Made by a program: the position numbers and the translations under genes. From positions 32,001 through 96,000 of IMG/VR virus record IMGVR_UViG_3300023179_000031: a DNA stretch of 64,000 nt; one strand, given 5' to 3'. Source of the stretch: a virus. Below are positions 39,700-49,900 of this stretch, piece by piece (position 1 is the stretch's first letter; each line of letters opens with the position of its first letter). Below the pieces are notes generated by a model, which searched no databases, was not told the DNA's origin, and saw only the letters and a program-made list of their open reading frames with translations.

Positions 39700-40678
39700 A
39701 GTAAAAAGAATTATAGATTTAGCTAATAGGGAAGTTGATAATAAGATATATAACATCTTAACATTCCCAACACATGAAAGATACGAAACACAGTTAGCAA
39801 AAACTGGACATAATTTTTATGCTCTAAATATTAAGGATGCAAAAAAGTGGAATGAGGGTCAGACCCCGATCCCTATAAACTATCATATGCTACCAGAAAA
39901 CAAGATATGTGAATTTTTGAATTATGATTTCATCTTGGTGCAAAGTAGATATTGGCAGTATGAAATTGCTTCTAATATTAATAGAAGTTTGCAGCTTCCA
40001 ATGATCGTATTGGATCACACTTTGCCACCAGAACTTTCAGAAAATCAACTAGAAGTATTAAGAAGTATGTACGGAAATGTTAATGTTTTTATATCTGAGT
40101 TTTCACAAAACTCTTGGAACATCAACGCCAACTCTTTAGTAATTCATCATGGGATTGATAGTAACTTATTTAGTCCAAAAAATATTAAAAAAAATAAGTA
40201 TGTCTTGACGGTTGCAAACGATTTCATCAAAAGAAATTACTGTCTTCATTATGACCTATGGTGTGAATTAACCGATGGACTTGATAGCAGAGTTGTTGGA
40301 GAGACAGAGGGTTTATCCAAATCAGCTTCATCTATCGATGAGCTAGTTGAAGAATATAACAAATGTCAAGTATATTTTAATACATCAACAACCCCAATTC
40401 CTATGTCATTACTTGAAGCAATGTCGTGTGGGTGTGCTGTAGTTACTGTCAACGCTAGCATGATGCCAGAGATCATTAAAAATGGCGTCAATGGATTTAT
40501 TACCAACGATAAAGATGAGCTTAAGAAATATCTAGTTGAAATTTTGAATAATGATGATCTCAGGGAAACTCTAGGCAATAATGCTAGAAAAACAATACTA
40601 GAGAAATTTTCTGAACAAGCTTTTATCGACAAATGGAATTCAGTCTTTGATAATATTTATGAGGTATCAACACTATGA
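39692..40678 (+). CDS. Glycosyltransferase family 4
   Basis: IHHGIDS, PMSLLEAMSCGCAVV, EIIKNGVNG, LGNNARKTI. Confidence 0.9.
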   Translation: MSKVKRIIDLANREVDNKIYNILTFPTHERYETQLAKTGHNFYALNIKDAKKWNEGQTPIPINYHMLPENKICEFLNYDFILVQSRYWQYEIASNINRSLQLPMIVLDHTLPPELSENQLEVLRSMYGNVNVFISEFSQNSWNINANSLVIHHGIDSNLFSPKNIKKNKYVLTVANDFIKRNYCLHYDLWCELTDGLDSRVVGETEGLSKSASSIDELVEEYNKCQVYFNTSTTPIPMSLLEAMSCGCAVVTVNASMMPEIIKNGVNGFITNDKDELKKYLVEILNNDDLRETLGNNARKTILEKFSEQAFIDKWNSVFDNIYEVSTL

Positions 40679-41106
40679 AAATACAGATTGTTAACAACGA
40701 CAATGAGTCTATAGATGGGTTTATTGCTCTAAAAATTAGCGACAATATTAAGCAAGATCTTGGCAAGATTGTGGATAATTCTTGTACTGAGCTTTTGGTA
40801 TTAGATGTCATTAATTCTTTCAAATATAATGAATCAATAGAATTTTTACTCACTCTACTAAAAAAGGTAAGAATAAATGGGAATATACTCTTAAAAGGAG
40901 TTAGCTCGCTATCACTATCTCATGCAATTCTTAATGAGTTAATAAACTCTGAAGAAGGTAGCAGTGTAATTGAGAATATCAAGTCTATTCATGATCATAG
41001 AGATATTGTCAATTTACTAGAGGCTAATAACTTCACTGTTAATACTATAATGCTTGGTGGCGTATCATATGAATTAGGGGCAACAAGGTCTAAAAATGTA
41101 TCATGA
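40675..41106 (+). CDS. Hypothetical protein, possibly a degenerate SAM-methyltransferase fold
   Basis: DNSCTELLV..LKKVRINGNILL resembles the C-terminal half of a class I MTase but has no GxGxG motif. Confidence 0.4.
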   Translation: MKIQIVNNDNESIDGFIALKISDNIKQDLGKIVDNSCTELLVLDVINSFKYNESIEFLLTLLKKVRINGNILLKGVSSLSLSHAILNELINSEEGSSVIENIKSIHDHRDIVNLLEANNFTVNTIMLGGVSYELGATRSKNVS

Positions 41107-41843
41107 TTTCGAAGAACAAATTTATTACATCACCAAAGGCTTCTAAAGTAGCTGATGCGAAACCTTTAGTTACAGTAATATTATTATGCGATAATCCCGG
41201 ATATAGAATGAAATCTTATGGTCCAGCTTCATTAATTTCATTTAAGAATAAGAGATTAATAGATCTACAAATAGATGCTATAAAAAAGGTGTTTAGCAAT
41301 TATGAGATTATAGTATGTGCTGGATTTGATGCTGATAAAGTATGCAAATATATAAAGCAAAAGTATAAAAACAGTAATATAAGGATAGTAGAAAATCAAA
41401 TATTTTCTAGCTCAAATTCTTGTGAAAGCGCTAGATTATCGCTAAATAATACTAATAATGATCGTATTCTTATTTGTGATGGCAGTTTGTATTTTACGCA
41501 TCAAACACTAGAACAAATAAACCTAAATGAATCAAGCGTTTTTACTGAGATTTGTAAACAGGATAATTTAGAGGTTGGCGTAAACGTAAATGAGCATGGT
41601 ATCATTGAGCATTTTTCTTTTGGTGCAAATCATACTTGGTCTGAGATTTGTTTTTTACAAAACCATGAGTCCATAGAATCATTAAGAAGAATACTAACAT
41701 CTTTTGACAAAAGCAAATTTGTGTTTGAAGCATTGAATGACCTAATACAAACCAAGCATACACTAAAAAGAATTATTAATGAATACAGTCTACACAAGAT
41801 AAATAATTTGAAGATTTATCATCAGCTAAAGGAAGAAATATGA
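41103..41843 (+). CDS. Sugar-nucleotidyltransferase-like protein (GlmU/LicC-like fold)
   Basis: VILL..PGYRMKSYGPASLI, IIVCAGF, VEN..F..SNSCES, ICDG. Confidence 0.7.
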   Translation: MISKNKFITSPKASKVADAKPLVTVILLCDNPGYRMKSYGPASLISFKNKRLIDLQIDAIKKVFSNYEIIVCAGFDADKVCKYIKQKYKNSNIRIVENQIFSSSNSCESARLSLNNTNNDRILICDGSLYFTHQTLEQINLNESSVFTEICKQDNLEVGVNVNEHGIIEHFSFGANHTWSEICFLQNHESIESLRRILTSFDKSKFVFEALNDLIQTKHTLKRIINEYSLHKINNLKIYHQLKEEI

Positions 41844-42697
41844 AATTTTTAATAGAGAATTATGCCGGTTATGATTCAACGCAGGCATTGTATTTTCATC
41901 AACATATAAATAATTATGAAGAACATTCTGCATTAATTAGACAAAATAACATGAGTCTCTTCGACTCGTTTGACACTATTGAGCCAGATGTTTACTTATG
42001 TTCCGCCCAAAAACTTTCAAAAGACGCTTTATTATACATCAAGCAAAATCCAGATAAAGATATAAAGTTAATAGTTTGTGTGGATGGAATTTCTGATGAT
42101 GATATTCAATCTATAGATGGGGCAATAAAAAAGAGTGGCGTTAATTGTCATTTCTTCTTTACTTCTTCAAACGTATCAAATAAAATAAGAACTAGGTTGG
42201 TTCAGATTAGAAATGGTGTCGATATTAATTTGCAGCCATCTCTTAAAATAGACTACAATATTCAAAAAGCCATTATTGTGAATAAGGTTACAAAGATTAG
42301 AAACTATGATGGCACATTTCATGTTATATCAAATAATCCACAGCTAAAAGATAGCGTAGACTTTTATCTACCAATTACCATGTTGGCATCGATTTATTCA
42401 AAATATGATGAGATAATATTTACAGATATACAAGAAAATTTGTCTCAATGCTTTTTTGATGCTATTTATCATGGTAAAAAGGTTTATTACGATATAGTAG
42501 ATGAAGATCAATCTAAAAAAGCTGATGAAATCATTGATTTAATTCTAAAGGTTGGCAATGGATTAAATTACAATAATCCTAATAAATTGATAGATTTTAC
42601 AGATTTAAAAAAATATGTAATAGATAAACATTCATCAATTAATAGAACAAAAACCTTATTATCTCAATTGCCACAGAAAGTAAAACAAAATGCTTGA
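41840..42697 (+). CDS. Hypothetical protein in glycan cluster (possible divergent GT-B)
   Basis: Coupled ORF; FFDAIYHGKKV and KHSSINRTK are reminiscent of GT-B C-termini. Confidence 0.5.
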   Translation: MKFLIENYAGYDSTQALYFHQHINNYEEHSALIRQNNMSLFDSFDTIEPDVYLCSAQKLSKDALLYIKQNPDKDIKLIVCVDGISDDDIQSIDGAIKKSGVNCHFFFTSSNVSNKIRTRLVQIRNGVDINLQPSLKIDYNIQKAIIVNKVTKIRNYDGTFHVISNNPQLKDSVDFYLPITMLASIYSKYDEIIFTDIQENLSQCFFDAIYHGKKVYYDIVDEDQSKKADEIIDLILKVGNGLNYNNPNKLIDFTDLKKYVIDKHSSINRTKTLLSQLPQKVKQNA

Positions 42698-43466
42698 TAG
42701 TAACCTTTTTTCGGTACACCTTCACCTGTATTATAAAGAGCCATCAATATCTCTTCTTAACGCAATAAGAAAAGGATGGGATGGAAAAGTATACATATCT
42801 GTAGTAACGGGCAATGAGAATAATGATGATATAATAAAGGTGGCAAAAGAGCTTTTTAAAGAAGTTATTGTTGTAGAAAATGAAAACAGAGGCAACGACC
42901 AATATGGATTTTATAAGTCTTTCAAGAAAAATAATGATGAAACAGACTGGATTTTTTATGCACATGACAAACATGAAAGTAAAATGGATTGGATGCATGA
43001 GCTAATAGCCCCCATGGTAAAACACACAGAAGCTATTAATCATTTAGCTAGTCAAGAAAAAATTGGTTTAATAGCTACAAAAACTGAACAATATACGTTC
43101 ATTCAAATGACTGAAGAACAATTAAATCACTTAGGTGATAGTTGTTCTCCAGAAGAAAGAATTAAAATCATACAATCTAAACAAACGCTTGTGTGGCTTA
43201 GAGAGCTACAGAGAGCTTTAGTAAAACAAAATGATCTTCAAAATATACATGATCCAAATTCATTAGTTTTCGTTGCTGGAAATATATTTTTAATCAGAAG
43301 AAGCATATTGCAAAAATGTCACAATTGTTTGCATGAAAACTTTTTTGATAGATATTATAGACCAGATGGTGATGTTGGTCATGGACTAGAAAGATTCTAT
43401 TTCTATGCGCCGCTATGTTTAAATTTCAATGTACAACTGGTTGGAGAGGAAGAAAATAATGATTAA
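42690..43466 (+). CDS. Rhamnan synthesis F (RgpF)-like glycosyltransferase
   Basis: VHLHLYY, ENRGNDQYGF, FYAHDK, FVAGNIF..R, HGLERF. Confidence 0.75.
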   Translation: MLDSNLFSVHLHLYYKEPSISLLNAIRKGWDGKVYISVVTGNENNDDIIKVAKELFKEVIVVENENRGNDQYGFYKSFKKNNDETDWIFYAHDKHESKMDWMHELIAPMVKHTEAINHLASQEKIGLIATKTEQYTFIQMTEEQLNHLGDSCSPEERIKIIQSKQTLVWLRELQRALVKQNDLQNIHDPNSLVFVAGNIFLIRRSILQKCHNCLHENFFDRYYRPDGDVGHGLERFYFYAPLCLNFNVQLVGEEENND

Positions 43467-43902
43467 TTTAGGAATATATTTACCACATCTTGGCGACAAG
43501 GTTCTGCTAGAACAATGCGTTAAAGAGATCAACAGGGGCAAAGAAAATAATTTAATATCTGATGCTAGTATTTTTTTTGATAATATTGGCGTAATAGATA
43601 CTCCGATAAGCTGTGGTATATTTAATTCTACAGACTTATGGAACTTTCGTGGAAAGCTTTTAATGTTATCGGTAGAATGCGCTATTAAAACACTAAATAT
43701 CATTAATGATATAGACATGTACTTTGGGTATGGATGGGGGGATAAAAATGTTTTTGCCACACTGAGTATAGTAGAACACGAAAAAATTCAAGCAATATGC
43801 AGGGTAAAAGAGCTTGAAGATGATTTTTACAGGATTACTGGAAAACGTAGCATAGGTCATTCTGAAAACTTAGAGGGTGTCATTGAGCTAATGACAAAAT
43901 AA
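43459..43902 (+). CDS. Hypothetical protein
   Basis: ATG at 43459 after a GAGG RBS; last gene of the glycan cluster. Confidence 0.6.
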   Translation: MINLGIYLPHLGDKVLLEQCVKEINRGKENNLISDASIFFDNIGVIDTPISCGIFNSTDLWNFRGKLLMLSVECAIKTLNIINDIDMYFGYGWGDKNVFATLSIVEHEKIQAICRVKELEDDFYRITGKRSIGHSENLEGVIELMTK

Positions 43903-43903
43903 A

Positions 43904-44671
43904 ATGAATCAGAAACAGATTGTAGACTTATATACCAAAGAAAATAAAAGCACATATGAAATAGCAGAAATGCTACATACTTATCCAAATAAAATCCGTA
44001 GAATTCTAATTAAGAACGGGGTTGAAATTAAAGACAAGAGTCAAGCTCAAAAGAATGCTATTATTAAAGGTACAGCAAAAATACCAACACAAGGATTACA
44101 CAGAACACAAGAAGAAAAACTAAAAATAAGCGAGAGCTTAAGAAAAAATTGGGAAAATATGGGAGAGTATGAGTACAATCAGAGGGTTGACAAAGCTAGA
44201 AGCAGATGGCATAATATGGAAGAGTCTGAGAAGGATCGTATCCTAGCATTGGCTATCAAGGGTGTTCAGATTGCTGGCAAAGAGGGATCAAAACTCGAAA
44301 AGTTTATTCAGCGAGAATTAACTAAAGAAGGATATAAAGTTGATTTTCATAAGAAGCAATTAATAGCAAATGAAAATCTAGAAATAGATATATCTTTACC
44401 AGAGATAAAAACGATTATTGAGATTGATGGTCCATCACACTTTTTGCCGATTTGGGGAGAAGAAAAGTTGCAAAAACAAATTCGTTCCGACTCGCACAAG
44501 ACGGGGTTGATTTTGAGCAAGGGATGGGCTATAATCAGAGTGAAGAACCTGTCGGACACTGTTGCATTGAGTGCTAAAGAGCATCTTAAAAATCAGTTGA
44601 TTACGCTGTTGAATAATATCAAAACCAAGTTTCCAGATAAATCAGAAAGGTATATTGAGATAGAAATATGA
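43904..44671 (+). CDS. HTH + DUF559/Vsr-like endonuclease (probable homing endonuclease)
   Basis: STYEIAEML..IRRIL HTH; HRTQEEKLKISES NUMOD3-like; EIDI..IIEIDGPSH..GWAIIRV. Confidence 0.75.
   Translation: MNQKQIVDLYTKENKSTYEIAEMLHTYPNKIRRILIKNGVEIKDKSQAQKNAIIKGTAKIPTQGLHRTQEEKLKISESLRKNWENMGEYEYNQRVDKARSRWHNMEESEKDRILALAIKGVQIAGKEGSKLEKFIQRELTKEGYKVDFHKKQLIANENLEIDISLPEIKTIIEIDGPSHFLPIWGEEKLQKQIRSDSHKTGLILSKGWAIIRVKNLSDTVALSAKEHLKNQLITLLNNIKTKFPDKSERYIEIEI
44507..44535 (+). promoter_or_regulatory. Intragenic sigma70-type promoter upstream of the SSAP gene
   Basis: TTGATT-17 bp-TATAAT with TGGGC before the -10 box, the same context as 14792. Confidence 0.55.
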
Positions 44672-45426
44672 ATACTACAGAAGAAGATCTTTTTATCGGA
44701 GTAGAGTTGCAAACACCATCAAATACAGACACTTCACCAAAGGATGTGATTATGAGTGATGTTCCATCAATGTTGTCGGCAGAGTGGCATGATTACGCTA
44801 TGACGCTGTTTCATGAATCAGAGCTTGTTGATGGTCATCCACTAGTGGCTGGCTTGAGGCGTGTAGCTGAGTTGGTCCTTGGAACAATTGTTTTTAGTGG
44901 ACCAACGCAAGTATTTCCAGTACAGCGAGAAGATCATCATGGACGAGCAACCGTTGTGTTTTCAGTAGAATTCGCTAACGGGGTAAGATATTCTGAAGTA
45001 GCAGACTCTTGGGAAGGCAATACCGATGACATGTTCTGTGCGTTTGCTGTGGCTATTGCTAGCACAAGAGCAGAAGCTAGGGCTTTACGAAAGGCACTAA
45101 AGATTAAGGGTGTTGCTGCGGAAGAGCTTACAAAGAAAGATACGGCTAAGATTGTTCGTGAGATTTCTAGCCAAAAGCCAAGTAGCGATGGTGACTATAA
45201 TGAGCAGAGCAGAATGAGTGATGCTCAAGGTAATTTTATTGATGTTAAGTGTAAGCAGCTTAATATCAATGGGGTTTTGCTATTCAAGGAATTTAACGTG
45301 GATAGCGGAAAGAAAGTATCTAAGAAGGTAGCTAGCGATATTATCGATAGACTAAACGATTATCAGCGTGATAAGAGTTCAATTCCAGAATCTATTCAAG
45401 GGTATCAAGAGGAGTGGAGAAAATGA
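44668..45426 (+). CDS. Rad52-like single-strand annealing protein
   Basis: GLRRVAEL..ATVVFSVEF..ADSW..AIASTRAEARALRKAL..AEE; C-terminal SKKVASDIIDRL. Confidence 0.6.
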   Translation: MNTTEEDLFIGVELQTPSNTDTSPKDVIMSDVPSMLSAEWHDYAMTLFHESELVDGHPLVAGLRRVAELVLGTIVFSGPTQVFPVQREDHHGRATVVFSVEFANGVRYSEVADSWEGNTDDMFCAFAVAIASTRAEARALRKALKIKGVAAEELTKKDTAKIVREISSQKPSSDGDYNEQSRMSDAQGNFIDVKCKQLNINGVLLFKEFNVDSGKKVSKKVASDIIDRLNDYQRDKSSIPESIQGYQEEWRK

Positions 45427-45758
45427 AGATTTCATATACAACATCAAACGGCAGAATTACAGCAGAATTTGACGCAGATTCACACAGGGACTTATTCAAT
45501 GAGATTAATAAGTTCCAAGAAGTCTTCGAAGAAGATACCTGTGGAAAGTGCAAGGGTCAGGATATTAAGTATATCGTAAGGACTGTTGATGATAATCAGT
45601 ATTACGAGCTAAAGTGTAACTCTTGTGGTTCTAAGCTTGCTTTTGGAGTAAACAAGAAGGGCGGCGGGTTATTCCCAAAGCGTAAAGATAACGAAGGCAA
45701 GTGGCTAGCAGATAATGGCTGGGTTAAGTGGAACCCGAAGACTGAACAGGCTAACTAA
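45423..45758 (+). CDS. Zinc-ribbon protein
   Basis: CGKC..YYELKCNSCG..LFPKR..GWVKW. Confidence 0.7.
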   Translation: MKISYTTSNGRITAEFDADSHRDLFNEINKFQEVFEEDTCGKCKGQDIKYIVRTVDDNQYYELKCNSCGSKLAFGVNKKGGGLFPKRKDNEGKWLADNGWVKWNPKTEQAN

Positions 45759-45767
45759 GGAGTATAT

Positions 45768-46061
45768 ATGAAGTATATTTTAGCGGCTATTCTAGCTATT
45801 TTTGCAACAACTGGATATGGTTATGAAACCTTGATTCCAGTAAATTATGGTCATGTATTTGTGCAGCAACCTGTGCTAGTTCAAACGTATGTATATAATA
45901 CGCCATATTTTGTGGTGACTGTGCCAGTGCCGGTACAAGCACCTGTTTATGTTGCTCAACCTGTGCGACAAACGGTATATTGGGGCTATCCATACCAACC
46001 AGTATTAAATACCTCATACTGGCAACACTATAGGTGTAGACTGTTTAATTTCAATTACTAG
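45768..46061 (+). CDS. Small secreted Val/Pro/Tyr-rich protein
   Basis: AAGGAG RBS; signal peptide MKYILAAILAIFA; low-complexity V/P/Y body. Confidence 0.65.
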   Translation: MKYILAAILAIFATTGYGYETLIPVNYGHVFVQQPVLVQTYVYNTPYFVVTVPVPVQAPVYVAQPVRQTVYWGYPYQPVLNTSYWQHYRCRLFNFNY

Positions 46062-46084
46062 GCTACTGGCTTGGCCTATAGATT

Positions 46085-46125
46085 AAAAAGAAATGGGGGT
46101 GGCTAAAACCACCCCCTAACTTTTT
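46085..46125. terminator. Bidirectional intrinsic terminator
   Basis: GGGGGTGG-ctaaaa-CCACCCCC stem flanked by AAAAAG and CTTTTT, between the convergent gene blocks. Confidence 0.85.
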
Positions 46126-46144
46126 GATAATTTAAAACAGCGTA

Positions 46145-46897
46145 TTATAGATATTCTACAGAGAAATATAGACCGTACTGGGTCTTGCTTCCAATAGTAA
46201 TGGGTTCAGAACTTAGGGCTACATACCAATCATGCCTTAAAGAGCGATGGGCAGCACCAAGCTTATAATTAGTTGAATTAACGCCGTTATCGGCATAATA
46301 AGCGTCTAGTGAAGTGTCTGTAGATAAAGTATTTAAGCCGCTTGTGCCGGGAGAATTAGTAAAAGCCATATCCGCCATAGCTAGAGTTGGATCAAAAACA
46401 ACCCATGTGTCAGATGTTCTTCCGGGAGCTTTATGTGCCAAATTCGAAACTGTATGACTTGTTAGTGGGTGTCGAGCCTCATAAACGTAGGTTACAACTC
46501 CAGAAGCATGGTTATTGATATCATTTCTATCAAATATTCTAAGCTTGCAGTTTTGAACACGTACTGATTCAGTATGTGTAAATCTTACATTTAGTGGGCA
46601 TAGATGATTTGGGAGATTGTTGAGATTAATTGGGCTAGAACCAATTGTGTCTGCTACAGCTTTGCCGGGAGCTTGATTTCTATTGTCATTATCATTGGCA
46701 TACTGCGTGTTATTTAAAGCAAGACCTTGTGCTGTTCCATTGGCATTTGTAACATATGTTGTGCTTTGGACCTGTCCAATTGGCACAGAAACGCCAAATG
46801 AACTACCATAAAAACCAATACCGCTATTTTGCGTATGGTCTATTAGAGTCTGCGAATTGCCACCGGGAAGGTTGGCGTAAAATTTGATTTCTGCCAT
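46145..46897 (-). CDS. Putative virion structural protein
   Basis: 250 aa, beta-rich, GGGAG RBS; last gene of the minus-strand structural block. Confidence 0.6.
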   Translation of the reverse strand: MAEIKFYANLPGGNSQTLIDHTQNSGIGFYGSSFGVSVPIGQVQSTTYVTNANGTAQGLALNNTQYANDNDNRNQAPGKAVADTIGSSPINLNNLPNHLCPLNVRFTHTESVRVQNCKLRIFDRNDINNHASGVVTYVYEARHPLTSHTVSNLAHKAPGRTSDTWVVFDPTLAMADMAFTNSPGTSGLNTLSTDTSLDAYYADNGVNSTNYKLGAAHRSLRHDWYVALSSEPITIGSKTQYGLYFSVEYL

Positions 46898-46942
46898 CTA
46901 ATATCTCCCTAAAGTATGGTTACATAGTAATATACACGAAAA

Positions 46943-49900
46943 TTAACTGATTGTCATGGTCATATACTGGGTAAAATTTGGATTGGAGTCAACTTCTGCC
47001 ATATTAAAAGTATGACTAATATCGTTGTGGAAAAAGTAAAAAGCCTCATATTTATTAGGATATTTAGATCCTGTATTGTCTTCAATATTCAAAGTTGTAT
47101 TTTTAGTTTCTTCTACTCTAGCTGTACCTTCGCCGCTTGAGCTAGATAATCTAGTGATTGGTGTTCTCATTTTTGGCCCTACATCTTGCTTTATTTGTTT
47201 GTATGCTTTTCCGCTAGTAAATTCAATAATTGCTGACTGTTTGTTGGTTGGACTTTTGATAGTAAGTTTATATGGATTTTGAAAATCAGTGTGTTTGAAT
47301 CCTTCACCCTGCTTTCTGGGTAGTGATACATTTGCTTTAATTTTACCTTCTAAGGAAGTATCTATAGCAAAATTAAATCCAGAAATTCCACCATTACTAT
47401 CAACAGCAGTTACCTCAATAACAACTCCTTTTGCCGCATCTATTTTATCGCCAACACTAAAACCTTGTCCAGCAGTATTTATGGTGGCGGAATCTTTGTT
47501 AAGACCTATTACTAATTTGTAGTAAAAAAATCCCTCATTGGTAACTAATTGCCCCCTTCTAACTGTGTTTATTCTCCAGTCTGATTCTGGAGCAAGTTTA
47601 TTAGAAAAAGTTATCACAGCGCCGTCACTTACTGGAACATAGCCACCATCGCCCCATTTTGCATTATATGATGGAATTCTAAAATCTACATCATAATCCG
47701 CAATATCTATGTTTATAGGGGGTGGCGTAGTTGTTGATGCATCTGGCGCAGACGTAGTTGTTGTGCCTGTTGTTTCTGGCCTAAATACACTAACTCTTGT
47801 TCTAGGATAGCTGAAAAGTACTCCCGGATTAAAATGTAAAACTGAAAAATATTGAGGTATAAATATTGTTTGCTGCTCTGGCCAATAATCCCAAACCATA
47901 CAGTGAAGCGCTGTAGTTCCAAAGCTATCTATACTATCACTATTAGTAGAACCCCAAATCGGTGAATATCTAGCTTTAAAAGATGAAGTATTGTCTGTTG
48001 TCCATGCTCCAATTGAACCTAATATGGTAACAGCTATGCTGCCTCCAGCACCATTTCCAAGAAAATTACCATACATACCAAACATTTGCTTTAAGCTTAC
48101 ATTAAACGTGCCACCTTTGTTCTTGGTGAAAGAATTACGAGCCGCAATAATTCCAACCAAATTTGCTCCATCTTCTGACGCTGTAACTGGTGAACGAAAT
48201 ACAGTAGTTGAAGCTTTTGGTTTATTTAATGGGGTTTTACTTATATAACAATCATATGGTATACCTTGAAATTGGCCAATTAGAGCATTTTCATAAACCC
48301 CACCACATTTAACTGGAGTAATAGTTGTAAGATTATTTAGTCCAAAAGATGCTAGTCTAGTATACAGATTTCCAAAAAGAGATGTTGTAGCTGGAATCGC
48401 CTCACCGGCAACGGCGTCATATCTTGTTTCATTTTTAAGAGCATCTCTTGCATTTTTCTGAAAATTTCTATCAAAAAGATATGCAGACGATAAATTTGGG
48501 CTATTAGCATCATCAGAACCAGCTAGTTCTGCGCAAAGTGGAGAAAATTGTAATTTTAATGGATTTACTGGTTTCAATGCATACATATCTGCCGGTGAAT
48601 TTATTTGTCCTAAGTAATAAGCAAAACCTTGATTATTAATTAAGTTATTGATTGATTGTGCAAAACCCGCGTCTGAGTTGTTAATAGCTTGTATTATTTT
48701 ATGAGTATCTTCAATTGGAAATCCATCTCCACCATATTTTCCATTAGTCGCTATATCTGCTGGAAGCTGTAAGAAATTAGAGTCGTTAACATTTAAGTTT
48801 GGAACCTCTTGAATTGTATGTATTGTGTTATTAGCAAAAAAATAATTTCCAGAATTAGCTTCTGGTGTGCCGCTAGAAGCTGTTGATATTCCAGTGTGTT
48901 TCCATCCAGAAAAAAAATTCGCATTAGCTTTCATTCTAGCATAACCATTAGATGAATATCCGTCTGGAAAAACTGGACCCCAAAAAATTGGAGTTTGATA
49001 ATAACTAATTGTATCATTAAATGCTGGCTGCTCAACATTAATCCTTGAATAAAAATCTTGAGTTCCTGTGCCACCCTTTGTTGGTCCACTATTATCAAAG
49101 CTTGTGGTTTGAATGTAATAATTTAGTTTTCTACCTACTCCAGTAAATGTTCCTACAGAATTTAATGTAGATATTTCTTGCTTACTGAAAAAAGTTACCT
49201 CCATTGCGCTATTAACATCAAGAAGAGAAGCATAAAACTTCGCTTTAAGCAGGTCTTGACATGTCGCTGGTAATGTGAGTGCGCCATCGGTATCACGAAA
49301 ATACCAATCTGAATTAGCAATTAATTTTGTAAAACCCCATCTACCAATAGATGTTGGCTGCGGTTTAGTTTCTAAAGAGCCAAATTTTTGTACTATCCAC
49401 TCACCGCTAATAAATGAGCATAAAACTATATCTCCAGCTTTAAAGCTGTCATTAGATCTATTTACCACACTTATTTCTTCTACTCTTTTAGAACCATCAC
49501 ACCTTATGAGATTTGGTCCAAACATATCTGGATTGCTGCTTTGTACAGATAACGGCATAGCTTTTCCAGTTTTTCTTTGCCCTAAATATTTTTCGCTACT
49601 TGGATCAAAATACGTGGTATTTGCCGCGTTATTTAAATCTTCGTCAGTCAAATTTACTCCGACTATATTAGCTGGTTCTAAATCAGTAAGTAATCTAGCT
49701 ATTTGTTGATTTGCAGATTCCCAAGAGCCAGTGACTTCATTCCAACTTAATCTAAGTGGTCCAGTTACAACATTGTCAATATCATTATCTCCACCCTTTG
49801 TTGCATCAACAAAAGTTCCAACGCTTGGAAAACCATTAACCACCTCTAGCCTAGCGTTTTGACTATTTCTATATGAAACTTTTCTTCCGCTAGGAAGTCT

